From assembly GCA_002633005.1 (NCBI GenBank), contig NMRA01000264.1, forward strand, positions 145,102 to 209,101: a stretch of 64,000 bases of DNA, in the 5' to 3' direction. Origin of the DNA: Phoronis australis (lineage: Eukaryota; Animalia; Phoronida). A program made the translations under genes and the position numbers. The notes beneath the pieces were generated by a model, which saw only the letters and a list, made by a program, of their open reading frames with translations, searched no databases and was not told the origin of the DNA. This document shows, piece by piece, positions 14,401-26,400 of this stretch (positions are counted from its first letter, which is position 1; each line of letters begins with the position of its first letter).

Positions 14401-17400
14401 TCACAGGTAAGTCCATTTTTATCAAGATTATAGGATAGATACTCTTCTAAGAGGACAGCTAGTACTATTCATTAGATATTTCTCTCATTTGAAGAAGGTG
14501 TTATAAAATGTATCAGATATGTGCAGGGAGAATATTTTTTGAACATTGTGAATTTACCAATAAATCACTTTCAAGGATTTCGTTTAAATTATTGAATTTC
14601 CGCTTGCGATTTCGGTTGAAGCATGAATGCAGAGCGACATTTTATGAAATTTAAATGATATGCAAAGAATTATCAAATGAAAGAAAACAATCATTTTCAG
14701 TTGTTCAAGTTTTCCTTCACTTATCTGCATAACGTAAGAACCAGCACCACTAGCATCATCCATAACAATAGCTGTGATAGTTATAGCGATAATATTGAGT
14801 AGCACACTTGTGTTTCAGGTTTTACTATGTTTTATAAAGAGGAGTATCACCAAGCTTGGACGCCAGTCTCTCTGGGGCCCAACAATCGCACCTACACGGC
14901 TACACGATTGAGCTGTGGCACCCGCTACAAGTTCAAGATGAACGCCAGGAACTTTGAGGGGCCCAGCATATACAGTGAGACTATAAAGGCCAAGACAAAT
15001 GGGTCAAGTAAGCCTGGACACTTAACTGTCCATTTCAGATGCTTTTTAAAAGGCTCCAAGGTTTTTAAGATGACTATTTGATACCAGGTTTTACTACTAG
15101 AAGCAAGTCTATTGATGCAAATTGTTAAAAATTGATGTTGTTTTTATGATTTCTTTTTCTTGTAAAGGTTCTAAGAGTTTTCGATTGTATAGATTTAGAT
15201 TTTATTTTTCCAGTCTACACTTCCATTCCTATGCTTGCTGTATGTATAAAAGAGTTAACAGTAACCTAGCAACTCATTTGGTTGTTTTACAGATTGCAGC
15301 AATGGGGTTTTCATGATATTAAGAGTAACATCAGTTCTGTATAGCAGTGTGTAGTGTGCACTTTCAAAAAGAAACTGATGTTCATGATGGTTTGAGTTTT
15401 GACTCGTGTAACTGTTTTTGTCTTATGGGACATATAACAAGCCTGGGATGTATGTACATGTAACAGGCCTGGCATGTGTGCTCATGTTAAGATTTACATC
15501 ACGATGCACAGAAACACTGACTGCCATCACAATTTGTCTTCAGCTCCCATCAGCCCAGCACAGAGCCTCATTCTGACGGACATCAACTCGACCTACGTGA
15601 CCTTGACCCTAGCTACATGGCAGACGGGAGGATGTCCAATCACGCGCTATGCCATTAAGTACCAAGTGTTTGGTGACTCGGNGTGTGTAGTGTGCACTTT
15701 CAAAAAGAAACTGATGTTCATGATGGTTTGAGTTTTGACTCGTGTAACTGTTTTTGTCTTATGGGACATATAACAAGCCTGGGATATATGTACATGTAAC
15801 AGGCCTGGCATGTGTGCACATGTTAAGATTTACATCACGGTGCACAGAAACACTGACTGCCATCTCAATTTGTCTTATGGGACATATAACAAGCCTGGGA
15901 TATATGTACATGTAACAGGCCTGGCATGTGTGCACATGTTAAGATTTACATCACGATGCACAGAAACACTGACTGCCATCACAATTTGTCTTCAGCTCCC
16001 ATCAGCCCAGCACAGAGCCTCATTCTGACGGACATCAACTCGACCTACGTGACCTTGACCCTAGCTACATGGCAGACGGGAGGATGTCCAATCACGCGCT
16101 ATGCCATTAAGTACCAAGTGTTTGGTGACTCGGGCTGGACTACTGTTAGCAATGATATTAAACCCCATTATGTGAGTAGCATGTGTCTCTGTCTTAGTTA
16201 AAAGGAGTTGGCTACAAACCAAGACAGATAATTGTAACAAAAAGCATCACAGAAGTTGGTTGTGACAAGCCATCACGAGCAGCCAACACGGCTTAATTGT
16301 CACGAGGGTCAAAATTGCAAAGCAAACCGCAGCTCTTTGTTCAAGGGGATGAGGTGATTTCACGCCCCTACACATTAAGTTGGTGGTGTTGAGATAAGGG
16401 TTGCCAAATTAATCAAGACATTTATTTCCCCTTTGGCTTTGATGGATTATTCAATTCAAATTGGTCTGTGAATTGAGACAGTATTGCAGCATGGCCATTT
16501 TGCATTGTGAGGTTTTTGTCACTTATGATATTAAACCATTGAAGTGGTTATAAACAAAATATTCTGTTTCAGAAATAAACAAAGAATTATTAGATTAACA
16601 TTCGGTTTAAAACCACTCACTGTTTTAAAATTAGCTTCAGCGTTTTGTTCCTTTCTCAGTTATTTTCGGTCCTGCGAAGAACCAACGTCATTGCTTGAAA
16701 TTATGCTCTGCAAACAAAATGACACGCTGTGACAAGTCCTGTTGTAGAGTTCCTATGTTTGTGAAATGACACAGTGTGACAAGTCATGTTATAGAGTTCT
16801 ATGTTTATGACACGCCGTGACAAGTCGTATTGTAGAGTTCTGTGTTTGTGAAAAGACATGTCGTGGCATGTCAAATTGTAGAGTCCTATGTTTGTGAAAT
16901 AAAGTACGGTAAAATCTCACCAATTTGAGACAAATGTCAAATATTTCAAGGACTTCTAACATTGTGAATGCTTTCACTGAATTTTTGAAAATATTTTCTG
17001 TTGGTAGCTGTGGTACAGAGCTTTGGATATGGTAAAGCATCATTCTGGTACTCTATATCATTTGTGAAAAAAATGAGAGAAAAGTCTTCACCTGGGGAGA
17101 TTTCACTATATCCTAAGTTGATAACTTGTTACAGTTTCTAAGTTTTGCACATTTTCAGAAAACTTTCACTGTGCCAGACCTCCACCCCGCCACATGGTAC
17201 GTCATGAAAGTTAGTGCTGAGAACCAGGCAGGGCAGACGGACATTCAACTCAAGTTTGCCACTCTCACATATGAAGGAAGTAAGTTATCAGTGAAGGCAA
17301 ACAGCTATTGCGTGGTAAAACTCACTGGGGAATGTTGTCATCATGTTTTCTGCGAAAGAAATAAATTTTAAGTGGCTGCTAATTCACCTTACGTGAGCAA

Positions 17401-20400
17401 AGCCATCTTTTGATTTAAACCACTCACCATTATGAAATGTGTCTCCTGTTGTTGCATAGTCAAACTAGAAACATGTAGTGACTGGTCTTTGAAAGACCTG
17501 GCAGTTCCTTATTGCTTGCAAACCATCTTTATGAGTTGACTAGTCACGGCGTGACATTTGATTTCCCAAACATGGTCTTGAACAATAATGAACTGTTTGT
17601 TCTTTGTAAGACCAAAAGTCATTCCTTATCTGAATAAGGAAAAAGTTGAGACCAATTTTGTAAGTCAAGTGGCATGAATCAAATGTTAGTCTCTGTGATG
17701 GAATGCTGGTTATGGCTGCTTTAATTTATTTTCATGTTGGTTTGTTTATTTTGTGGTCTATGCTTCTCTTAAACTGTGGTGATAATATTATTTTTAAGTA
17801 TGTGGGTACATATTGCCATCAGCTCTGTCTGGGCATCCGGCATCCGCAGCTGTATCTCCTAAACCCCTTGCAGGACCTTAATAATGAGATTTAGCAGGTG
17901 TGTTTTTATGCAGCTGACGACAGATGACGATGACTTTCGGACCAATCCAACTACTACTATGCCCCCTAGTGGCATTTTTTACGGTTGCCTTTGTAGCTTC
18001 ATAATTCTTGGGTGGATTTTCATGAAATTTGGAAAATAGGTTTCTGTTCTGAAGGCTACGACATCTTTACATTTTTGGATGTCTTTTACAATTTTACGCC
18101 ACCTAGTGGCCGTTTTTCAATTTTGGAGTTTGTTTTTGGCATCCACCTTTCTCCCTGCCAAACTGCTTGAAGGATCTTTCTGAAAATTGGCAGGTGTGTT
18201 TCTGATGAAGAGACCGCACTTGATGTTGATTTTTGGGAATGTTTGACTACTCTGGTGCTCCCTAGTGGAAATTTTGTTTTATTATACATCCACGGCTGTA
18301 TGTTCTTATAACCCTTTGCAGGAACTTTGGGAAATTTGGCAGATGTGTTTCTATGGAGTTGATCACAGATGACGATGAGTTTCAACCCTGATGGTTGGTG
18401 TGCCCCCTAGTGGCAATTTTATTTTTTTACATTTTCCTGTGTGTCATTGAGTTTATTGAGGGCTGTTCCAGTAAAATCCGTGTGGGAGGGGGGGGACGGC
18501 AGTAGAAATAAAAATTCATGGGTGGTGGTCTTCAGAAAAAACTCAAATTATGGGTGGTCGTTCCTGTAATAAGTAATGCATTAAAAATGGGTGGTATTTT
18601 TTGACCTGTTAATGTCGATAGGTTGGTTACTTCAGCGGTAAAAACTCAAAAATAAATGCAATTGTCCTAACTTATCCAAATACAAAAAAGCCCATATTGC
18701 CAGTGAACAGAGTGCAATATGTTCACTAAGCATTAATTTGAGCCAACTGTTTGTCTGCAGTCCTATTGAATTGAAAAGTTATGCAACACTGAACTGGTGT
18801 TAACACATATCAGAAAATTGATGATTTTTAAATAAAAAGTATGAGGAGTAAGATAAACAAGTTCCAATATTCACTTGACATAGAAGTATAGAAGAGTTCG
18901 TGGAGACAGTTTGAGATCCATAGATCCTTATAAATGAAAAAAATGTTCATTGAAATTATAGACACATGGTGAACAGAGACACCTGGTGGCTGCCAAAAGT
19001 ATTGCTCACAGGCTACTTTAGTTTTTGACAATATTGGACAAGACAACTAGTTCTTGTCTGTCAGTCATCTAAGTTCTTAATAGGTCCTCCTGGAGGCAAT
19101 TTGTTTGCAAGTGTTGGATTTTATATTTTAACCTATTAAAAATAATTAAAAAATTATGGGTCATGGGTTGGAGAAATAAATGAAAAATACGGGCGGTGGG
19201 TATGAAATAAAAGTGCCTTCCCCCCCTCCCATACAGATTTTGCTGGAACAGCCCTGATGGATTTTCATGAAACCTGGCAAATAGTTTTCTATTTAGATGA
19301 TGATAATGCCTTACCATTTTTGGACTGCTTTTATGCATTGTGTCCTTCTTAGTGGGGATTTTTAACAGTTTCGAGTCTATTTTTGGCATTTGCCTCTGTA
19401 TCCGCCAAACTACTTGAAGGATCACTGTGAAAAATTGCAGATGTGCTTCTGATGAGAAGGCCACGGCTGACATTGATGTTCGGACGGGTTCCACTACTTT
19501 TGCACCTTCTAATGGTGTTTTTTTGTCTACGGCTGTGTCTCCTTTATCTGTCGACTACCACTGTGTGCCCCTAGTGTTTCAGTTGGTTACATTTGCCTGT
19601 ATCGGAGTTCATCGATTGATTTTCATGAAGTTCGGTAAATAGGTTTCTATTATTAGTTGATTACAATAGTCTTCCATTTTCTTATGGATTTGATGTATTT
19701 TTGCATCACCTAGTGGCTATTTTTTTTGAGTGCGTTTTTGGTTCTTGATAAAAAGACATTGATTTGTGCACAAATTTGACAACTCTGGTGCTTCCTGGTG
19801 ACGATTTTTGTCTTTTTTGATTTCTTGACTCTATCTCCTTACTCTTTTAAGGATCTTTGTGAAATTTTACAAGAAGTTGTTTTATATTATAAATGTGACT
19901 ACGTTTACTTAGGACTTTTGAATGGCTCTGACTATGCTGTACCTCCTAGTCTAGAGGCATCTTTTACTTTTTGCATTTACATCTTTTACTTTAGAGTTCT
20001 TCGACAGTTTTTATTGAAATGTGGTAAACAAGTTTCTGTTATGATGCAGTAGCATCTATCCATTTTGGGATGGATTTGACGTATTCTGCACCATTCTGTT
20101 CATTTTTTGACACTAATAAATACCTCTAGAAGCACACTGTTTGCCTTGCTGTCATGGGCGCATTTCAAGGCTTTGCGTTGCTCATGTATTTTGAATCTGT
20201 GCACCAGTGAATGCCATTGTAGATACATTTATGTTTTTACTGTCTTTGTTCTTAATATCAGACCATGATTTGCATTGGTTTGGCTTCAGGTACAATTCAG
20301 CCGATTCACTTGGTGGGAACTAAAGAACCTCCGTTTTATGAACAAATCTATGTCATAGTTCCACTGTGTGCCGGCTTCATCATTGTCATTTGTACAAGCC

Positions 20401-23400
20401 TGGCAGTCATTCTCTATTGTAAACGACGTCAGGAGGAACTCAAAAACAAAGGTAGGTTGACCAGCAATGCCGCTGTTGGCCGTGAGTGTTTTGACGAGAC
20501 AACGCTACTCACCTTGGCTGAAGTGAGGTGAAGTGAGTGACCTGTGCTACTTATTCACAGCTATATAGTCTTTTAATTGCTAGAACTGTCTATGTCAAAT
20601 GGGCACTTTGTTCTTATCATCATAGATTATCATTTGTTGTCACCATTTTTGAGGTACTCTTTATGATGAAGCTTGTACATTGAGCTGTGGTTGAATTGTG
20701 TGTTTGGAAGCTGGTGCCTTGTATTTTTATAATTTTATCATACAGTAAAAAATTTGTGATGAGGTAAAAACCTTAATGCAATTTCTCCGTTCCCCATTCT
20801 GTTGAAAGAAGTTGGAAATCGCCACCTTCTACACTCATTAATTATTTTTGCGTGAGGTGACAAATTATAAATTTAAATAACAAAATAGCTGCTTTGTCAC
20901 CATGAGACTGCATGGATACGGAAATGGCCCTGAATTACAGTTGTAGGAAAGGTTGTATGTCGAGTCTTTCAGCATTTGTTTCTGAAGTTTCTTCATTGAG
21001 GAGTGTCTTTATCTTTGGAAATAAAAGTTGCTGGTTTAAAAATCTCATTCAAGTAAGAGGTCTAAAATTTCATTGTAACCTCATGACTGACATGCAATAT
21101 TCTTCCTTAACATGGAAAATTCTTACTTAGTGTACTGTCCCTTTCTTCCAAAATTGGCAGTCCAGTAATGTGCTACGCATGTGCTGTGACAATGTCACCT
21201 GTCATTTCAGAAGTGACGTACAACTTAAGGCGAGACATTACTGCTGAAACATCGCTCATGAACGACCTTGACAAACGCGTCATCACAGATTTTGAGGATG
21301 ACACAAATCCAGAGAGTATTCGCAATGTAAACNTTTGTTCTTATCATCATAGATTATCATTTGTTGTCACCATTTTTGAGGTACTCTTTATGATGAAGCT
21401 TGTACATTGAGCTGTGGTTGAATTGTGTGTTTGGAAGCTGGTGCCTTGTATTTTTATAATTTTATCATTCAGTAAAAAATTTGTGATGAGGTAAAAACCT
21501 TAATGCAATTTCTCCGTTCCCCATTCTGTTGAAAGAAGTTGGAAATCGCCACCTTATACACTCATTAATTATTTTTGCGTGAGGTGACAAATTATAAATT
21601 TAAATAACAAAATAGCTGCTTTGTCACCATGAGACTGCATGGATACGGAAATGGCCCCGAATTACAGTTGTAGGAAAGGTTGTATGTCGAGTCTTTCAGC
21701 ATTTGTTTCTGAAGTTTCTTCATTGAGGAGTGTCTTTATCTTTGGAAATAAAAGTTGCTGGTTTAAAAATCTCATTCAAGTAAGAGGTCTAAAATTTCAT
21801 TGTAACCTCATGACTGACATGCAATATTCTTCCTTAACATGGAAAATTCTTACTTAGTGTACTGTCCCTTTCTTCCAAAATTGGCAGTCCAGTAATGTGC
21901 TACGCATGTGCTGTGACAATGTCACCTGTCATTTCAGAAGTGACGTACAACTTAAGGCGAGACATTACTGCTGAAACATCGCTCATGAACGACCTTGACA
22001 AACGCGTCATCACAGATTTTGAGGATGACACAAATCCAGAGAGTATTCGCAATGTAAACCTATTGATACAGTTAGATCCTACAGATGGTGACATGCCAGA
22101 TGGAACTGTTCCGCCATGGGGATTTAATTCTTCCAACAGTGAGAACAGCTTTCACGCCGGTATGATATGTTCCTGTTTTAGATTTTTTTCATTTGGGTCT
22201 GTAAACTCGCTGAGGCTTTGTGCTCCAAGATATGTGCTTGCGTTCCTTTTAGTATTTTTATGATGGAGCTGTGCTTTTCTAAATCTTGTAATGTTTGAGT
22301 AGTCTAACTTCTACAAGATGTGCTCCTGTACAATTTAAGGCAAATGAGAACCAATAAAAGTCAACTTTTCTTGCGCTCAATTGTTGAGATTTGTTTAGCA
22401 ACTTAATGTCATTGCTATAATTGCACGTAACTTTTTCGTTATTTTCTGTTTTACTTTATTCTTTTTCAAGTTGTTACTTTTCCTGTATTCGCACCACATT
22501 TCAGCTTTATTAAGTGGGAGTCATTTGTATCTGTCTTTACATTCAAGCACGACCGCTGTTTGGTTTTTGTGCCAAATAAGCACTGATTTTATTACCAGTA
22601 TCTACACTGGACCAACTGCTTTCAATTCACGTAAAGCCATGAAACTCCAATGACAGTAAAGTTTTGTGGTAGCTTCACCTGGTGTTGTGATGTGTCACTT
22701 TTGATGACTAGACTGAACTGTTTCCACAGCAACATCACTTTGAGAATTTTCTTGGGAAATCCATAAATCTCTTATAACATTAATGGATAACAACAATTTT
22801 AGTCCAATATTTTTTTAATTATCCTCATTCAAACATGTCTGCTATTGAAATTCATCGAAAGCAGTTGTTCGACATTATCTCTTGTGTGCATCTCTATTCT
22901 GGCAAAGAAGCACTGCTTTTGTTGTAGTTTTAATTTGTTTCACCAAAGAGCATCAGTGCTATTTTACTCAGTACTCTATCTTCTGTCACTCGCTGTCTGC
23001 CTATCACTATTAGTTCTGCTCGTGCACGTCTGCCGCTTATTTCACCTTTCAGTTTGCTACGGCGATGACATCACTCCTTACGCCACCTTCCATTTTACCA
23101 ATCGCTTTACGTCTGCAGACGACAATGCTGACAACGAGAACCGTACAAACAGCACCACGAGCCCACCACTAACCACGTTCCACACGTCTGCTCTCCATCA
23201 GTCAGATGATTCATTGGTTGCACAGAAGCAGCAGGCCAGGCAGAAGGTAAGGGCCGAGTGTGAATGTCTTAAAATAACCAACTGAAATCTTAGTGCACAC
23301 TTTGTATTCAATGTCATCTCAGTTTATAATTCCACACTTAACTGGTTGCAACAACGCAAGATAGGAGTGGATTTAGTGACAATTTTTCAACAAGGGTTCA

Positions 23401-26400
23401 ATGTTGGCAGTATTACTTAAAGACCCATGACACACTATCAGGGGGTTTTTGTTTTGAAGTGGACTTCTCGGTTTTGGTTCGTTAATGCACAGAGTTAGAA
23501 TTCCTGATTACACTTATTAACACTGTGGACGGAATGGAGTTACTGATTTCTTAAACGAAAAAATTCAACACTAAGAACAGCGTTGTGTTGACTTAAAGTT
23601 TACAGAGCAACTGGTTACTAAGACGTCAAGGTAATTTTAGCTCAGTGGTGGATACGAAGAACAGATAGATTCAAAGGCTTGTTCTTTGAGTTGAATAATC
23701 AAAAACGTAGGTGAGTTTGTGATCACATGAACATAGTGATTGTGCAGTAATTATGACCTTTGTATTTGACAGATGATGACATTCAAAGTGAGTGACTTCC
23801 CACCTCCTCCAGCTGAACTACTGGCTGAAGGCTCTACTTGTCAGACTAACCTGGCTTTCCATCCATCAGGTACTGTTTGTTCAAATATCTGTTGAAATTT
23901 TGATGTAGTGAAATGAATGTTCAATGTACGTAATGAACAGTTCACTCCATTATGCACTGTTCTGTCATTGTTGTGCTGTGATGTACAGTGAAACTGTAAA
24001 GTTTCCCAACTGGGAGCTTTGATTCTTTTTTTTCAAAATGTGATTAAAACTCTTCAAACTTCTGACAGGGCTAATTTGAACAATATCCATGTCAGAATTA
24101 TTTCATTTTTATGCATTCTGATGTAAACTTTTTTGAATTGTTGTCTCAAAAAGAATTAAATTTGAAAATCCTTAAAGTGAAACTTTACAGCAAAATCAGT
24201 TGTGTATTTAGCATGTTTTGTGTCGTCGTGGTCCGGCTTAGGAATTGTTGTGGCTAATATAGTGTGTGTTGTCTCCCCTGTTGGCATGCAGCTCCGCGCA
24301 GAGTTCGTTTCAAGGATGTTCCGGAATCATGTAGCGACACGGAAGTAATGAGCCATGCGCCCAAAAGGTGGCCAGGATTAGAATGCTTAGTACTTAGTGA
24401 CTGTAGCGTATCTTCGTCGGATTGCGAGACGAAATCTAAAAAATCTACTTGGCAAGAAGGTAGAATAGTGTGTTAGAGAAACTCGTGTTATGTTTGGTTG
24501 GAAATTGTGGTGGAATACGTTGTAAGATATCAGTTTTCTGTGCTTAGTTTTTGTTGTTTTAAGTTATCATTCACAGTACTTGCTGTTTGGAAGAGATCAC
24601 TATCTAGTAGCAATTCCATGCTGTTTCTGGTTAGCTGAGATTTATTTTATAGTTAGCCACAAAGTCTTATCTTTAGCATTTACTTCATATCTTGCCATGG
24701 TTGAAGTGTTGTGAGTTGACAAGAATTATATATAGTACAGCTGAATACCATATATTATGTTTTCAATTTTGACTTTATATCTTTTCGTGCACGAGTCTTT
24801 TGTATAACAAAGTCAATTCTAAAGCCAAGAATAGAATTTCATCTTTCTGAAACTGTCCGCTTGATGTCATTCTTTATCTGTTAACTTAAACAATTCTGTA
24901 AGTTTAATGAAGGTCAGATGTAATTAATTATTAGCTCTATTTTAATACATTGCTGTTGTCTGCGTGCCCACACATATCCAACTGACCTTTTACCTTTCTT
25001 GTAGGGGTCATACTAAGTCCTTCCAAATATGCCAGTGCAGAACATATTCACTCTATATTTTACGGAGGTGTGAGGTTACCTACTCCCTCGTCGTTGTCAT
25101 TTATCCCCAAATCTCGTCACGGCTCAAGACCTGGAAGTTCGGCGGAACGAGGCATGAATTGTTGTGTTGTTTTGCTTAAAGTGCTTTCACTATAGATGTT
25201 GTGACCACAGATGATTCTACTGACAATAATTGTGATAAGTAGAGTTATGCTTGTTTATCACTATACAGATGATTCTATTGACAATAATTGTGATAAGTAG
25301 AGTTATGCTTGCTTATCACTATACAGATGATTCTATTGACAATAATTGTGATAAGTAGAGTTATGCTTGCTTATCACTATACAGATGATTCTATTGACAA
25401 TAATTGTGATAAGTAGAGTTATGCTTGCTTATCACTATACAGATGATTCTATTGACTATAATTGTGATAAGTAGAGTTATGCTTGCTTATCACTATTCAT
25501 TCGATGGTTTATGTGTGGATGTGATATGAAAATGTCCTTTGAATGATTGCCGCAGTTTGAGAGCTACTTTTATCTAATCATATTGTAAAGTGTTCTTTCA
25601 GTCATATTTTAAAGAAATGTTTCCAGAAACGTAACATGTTGATTTGAAGGGAAAGCATGCTTTTACTGTTGATTTGAATCATTTTTTAGTTTTCTTGCAT
25701 GTTCACGTGAAATGTTTTCATATTTTTGGAATTAATGTAAAGTTTTTTAATCCACTGAAAATGTGAAAGTTTTTGTTGATTTTTCTAAGGCATTTGAAGG
25801 AATTAATCACTGCAGTACTTGAAAAAGCTTGTTGTTGTACTATTAGTGAAAAATAATTCAAAGTTTTCTTTCTGCAGGTAGCCACTGTGGAAAATAACTT
25901 GAGGGTTTCCTCATTTTGCAGGTAGCCACCGCGCAAGTACATTGTCAAGTATCACCACCGTGTCGTCCAGTAGAGAGGAGCTTCTCCAGGCCTATGAAAA
26001 TGCCCGTTACAACCCCAACCCAGCTGCAGAGTTCACAGAGAAACCGCCAAACAGTAGTAGTACTTCACATACATCCCAGCCCACCGACTGTTCCGAGTCC
26101 ACAGAGCCTGGCATAAGACAGTTCACTCAAGCTCCACCCAGGCCCGAGGAATGTAGGCAGTCTTCATGTGAGGTGCCCATGTATGAAGGTATGGTGTCTG
26201 GTTTTAAGGTTTTTAAGTTTTATGTTCATACAGAGATGTATATTTAGAGACGTTTTGCATTCTAGCTGGTTGGCAGTATGGCAGTAAGTGGTAAAAAGTA
26301 CTGAGTGGAAAAATGCAATTGTTTAACACAGATAGTAGGCAATTTGATTCATAGTAAAATATTTTGGACTTAATTAAAGCAGATATAAACACACGTTTCA

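Noticed and set aside
15544-15681. Apparent tandem duplicate of the FN6 exon (insect-style mutually exclusive Dscam exon)
   Set aside because: The exon sequence is identical and is cut off at a single N where the duplicate block restarts, which is typical of an unmerged contig overlap or haplotype.
20607-22059. 726-bp tandem duplication including the first cytoplasmic exon
   Set aside because: The copies differ by only a few SNPs and meet at a single N (21333), and the first exon copy is truncated there. Assembly artefact.
25207-25496. CRISPR-like regular repeats (also 6235-6420 and 31971-32266)
   Set aside because: These are head-to-tail units with no unique spacers, in a eukaryotic context with no cas genes. 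Minisatellites.
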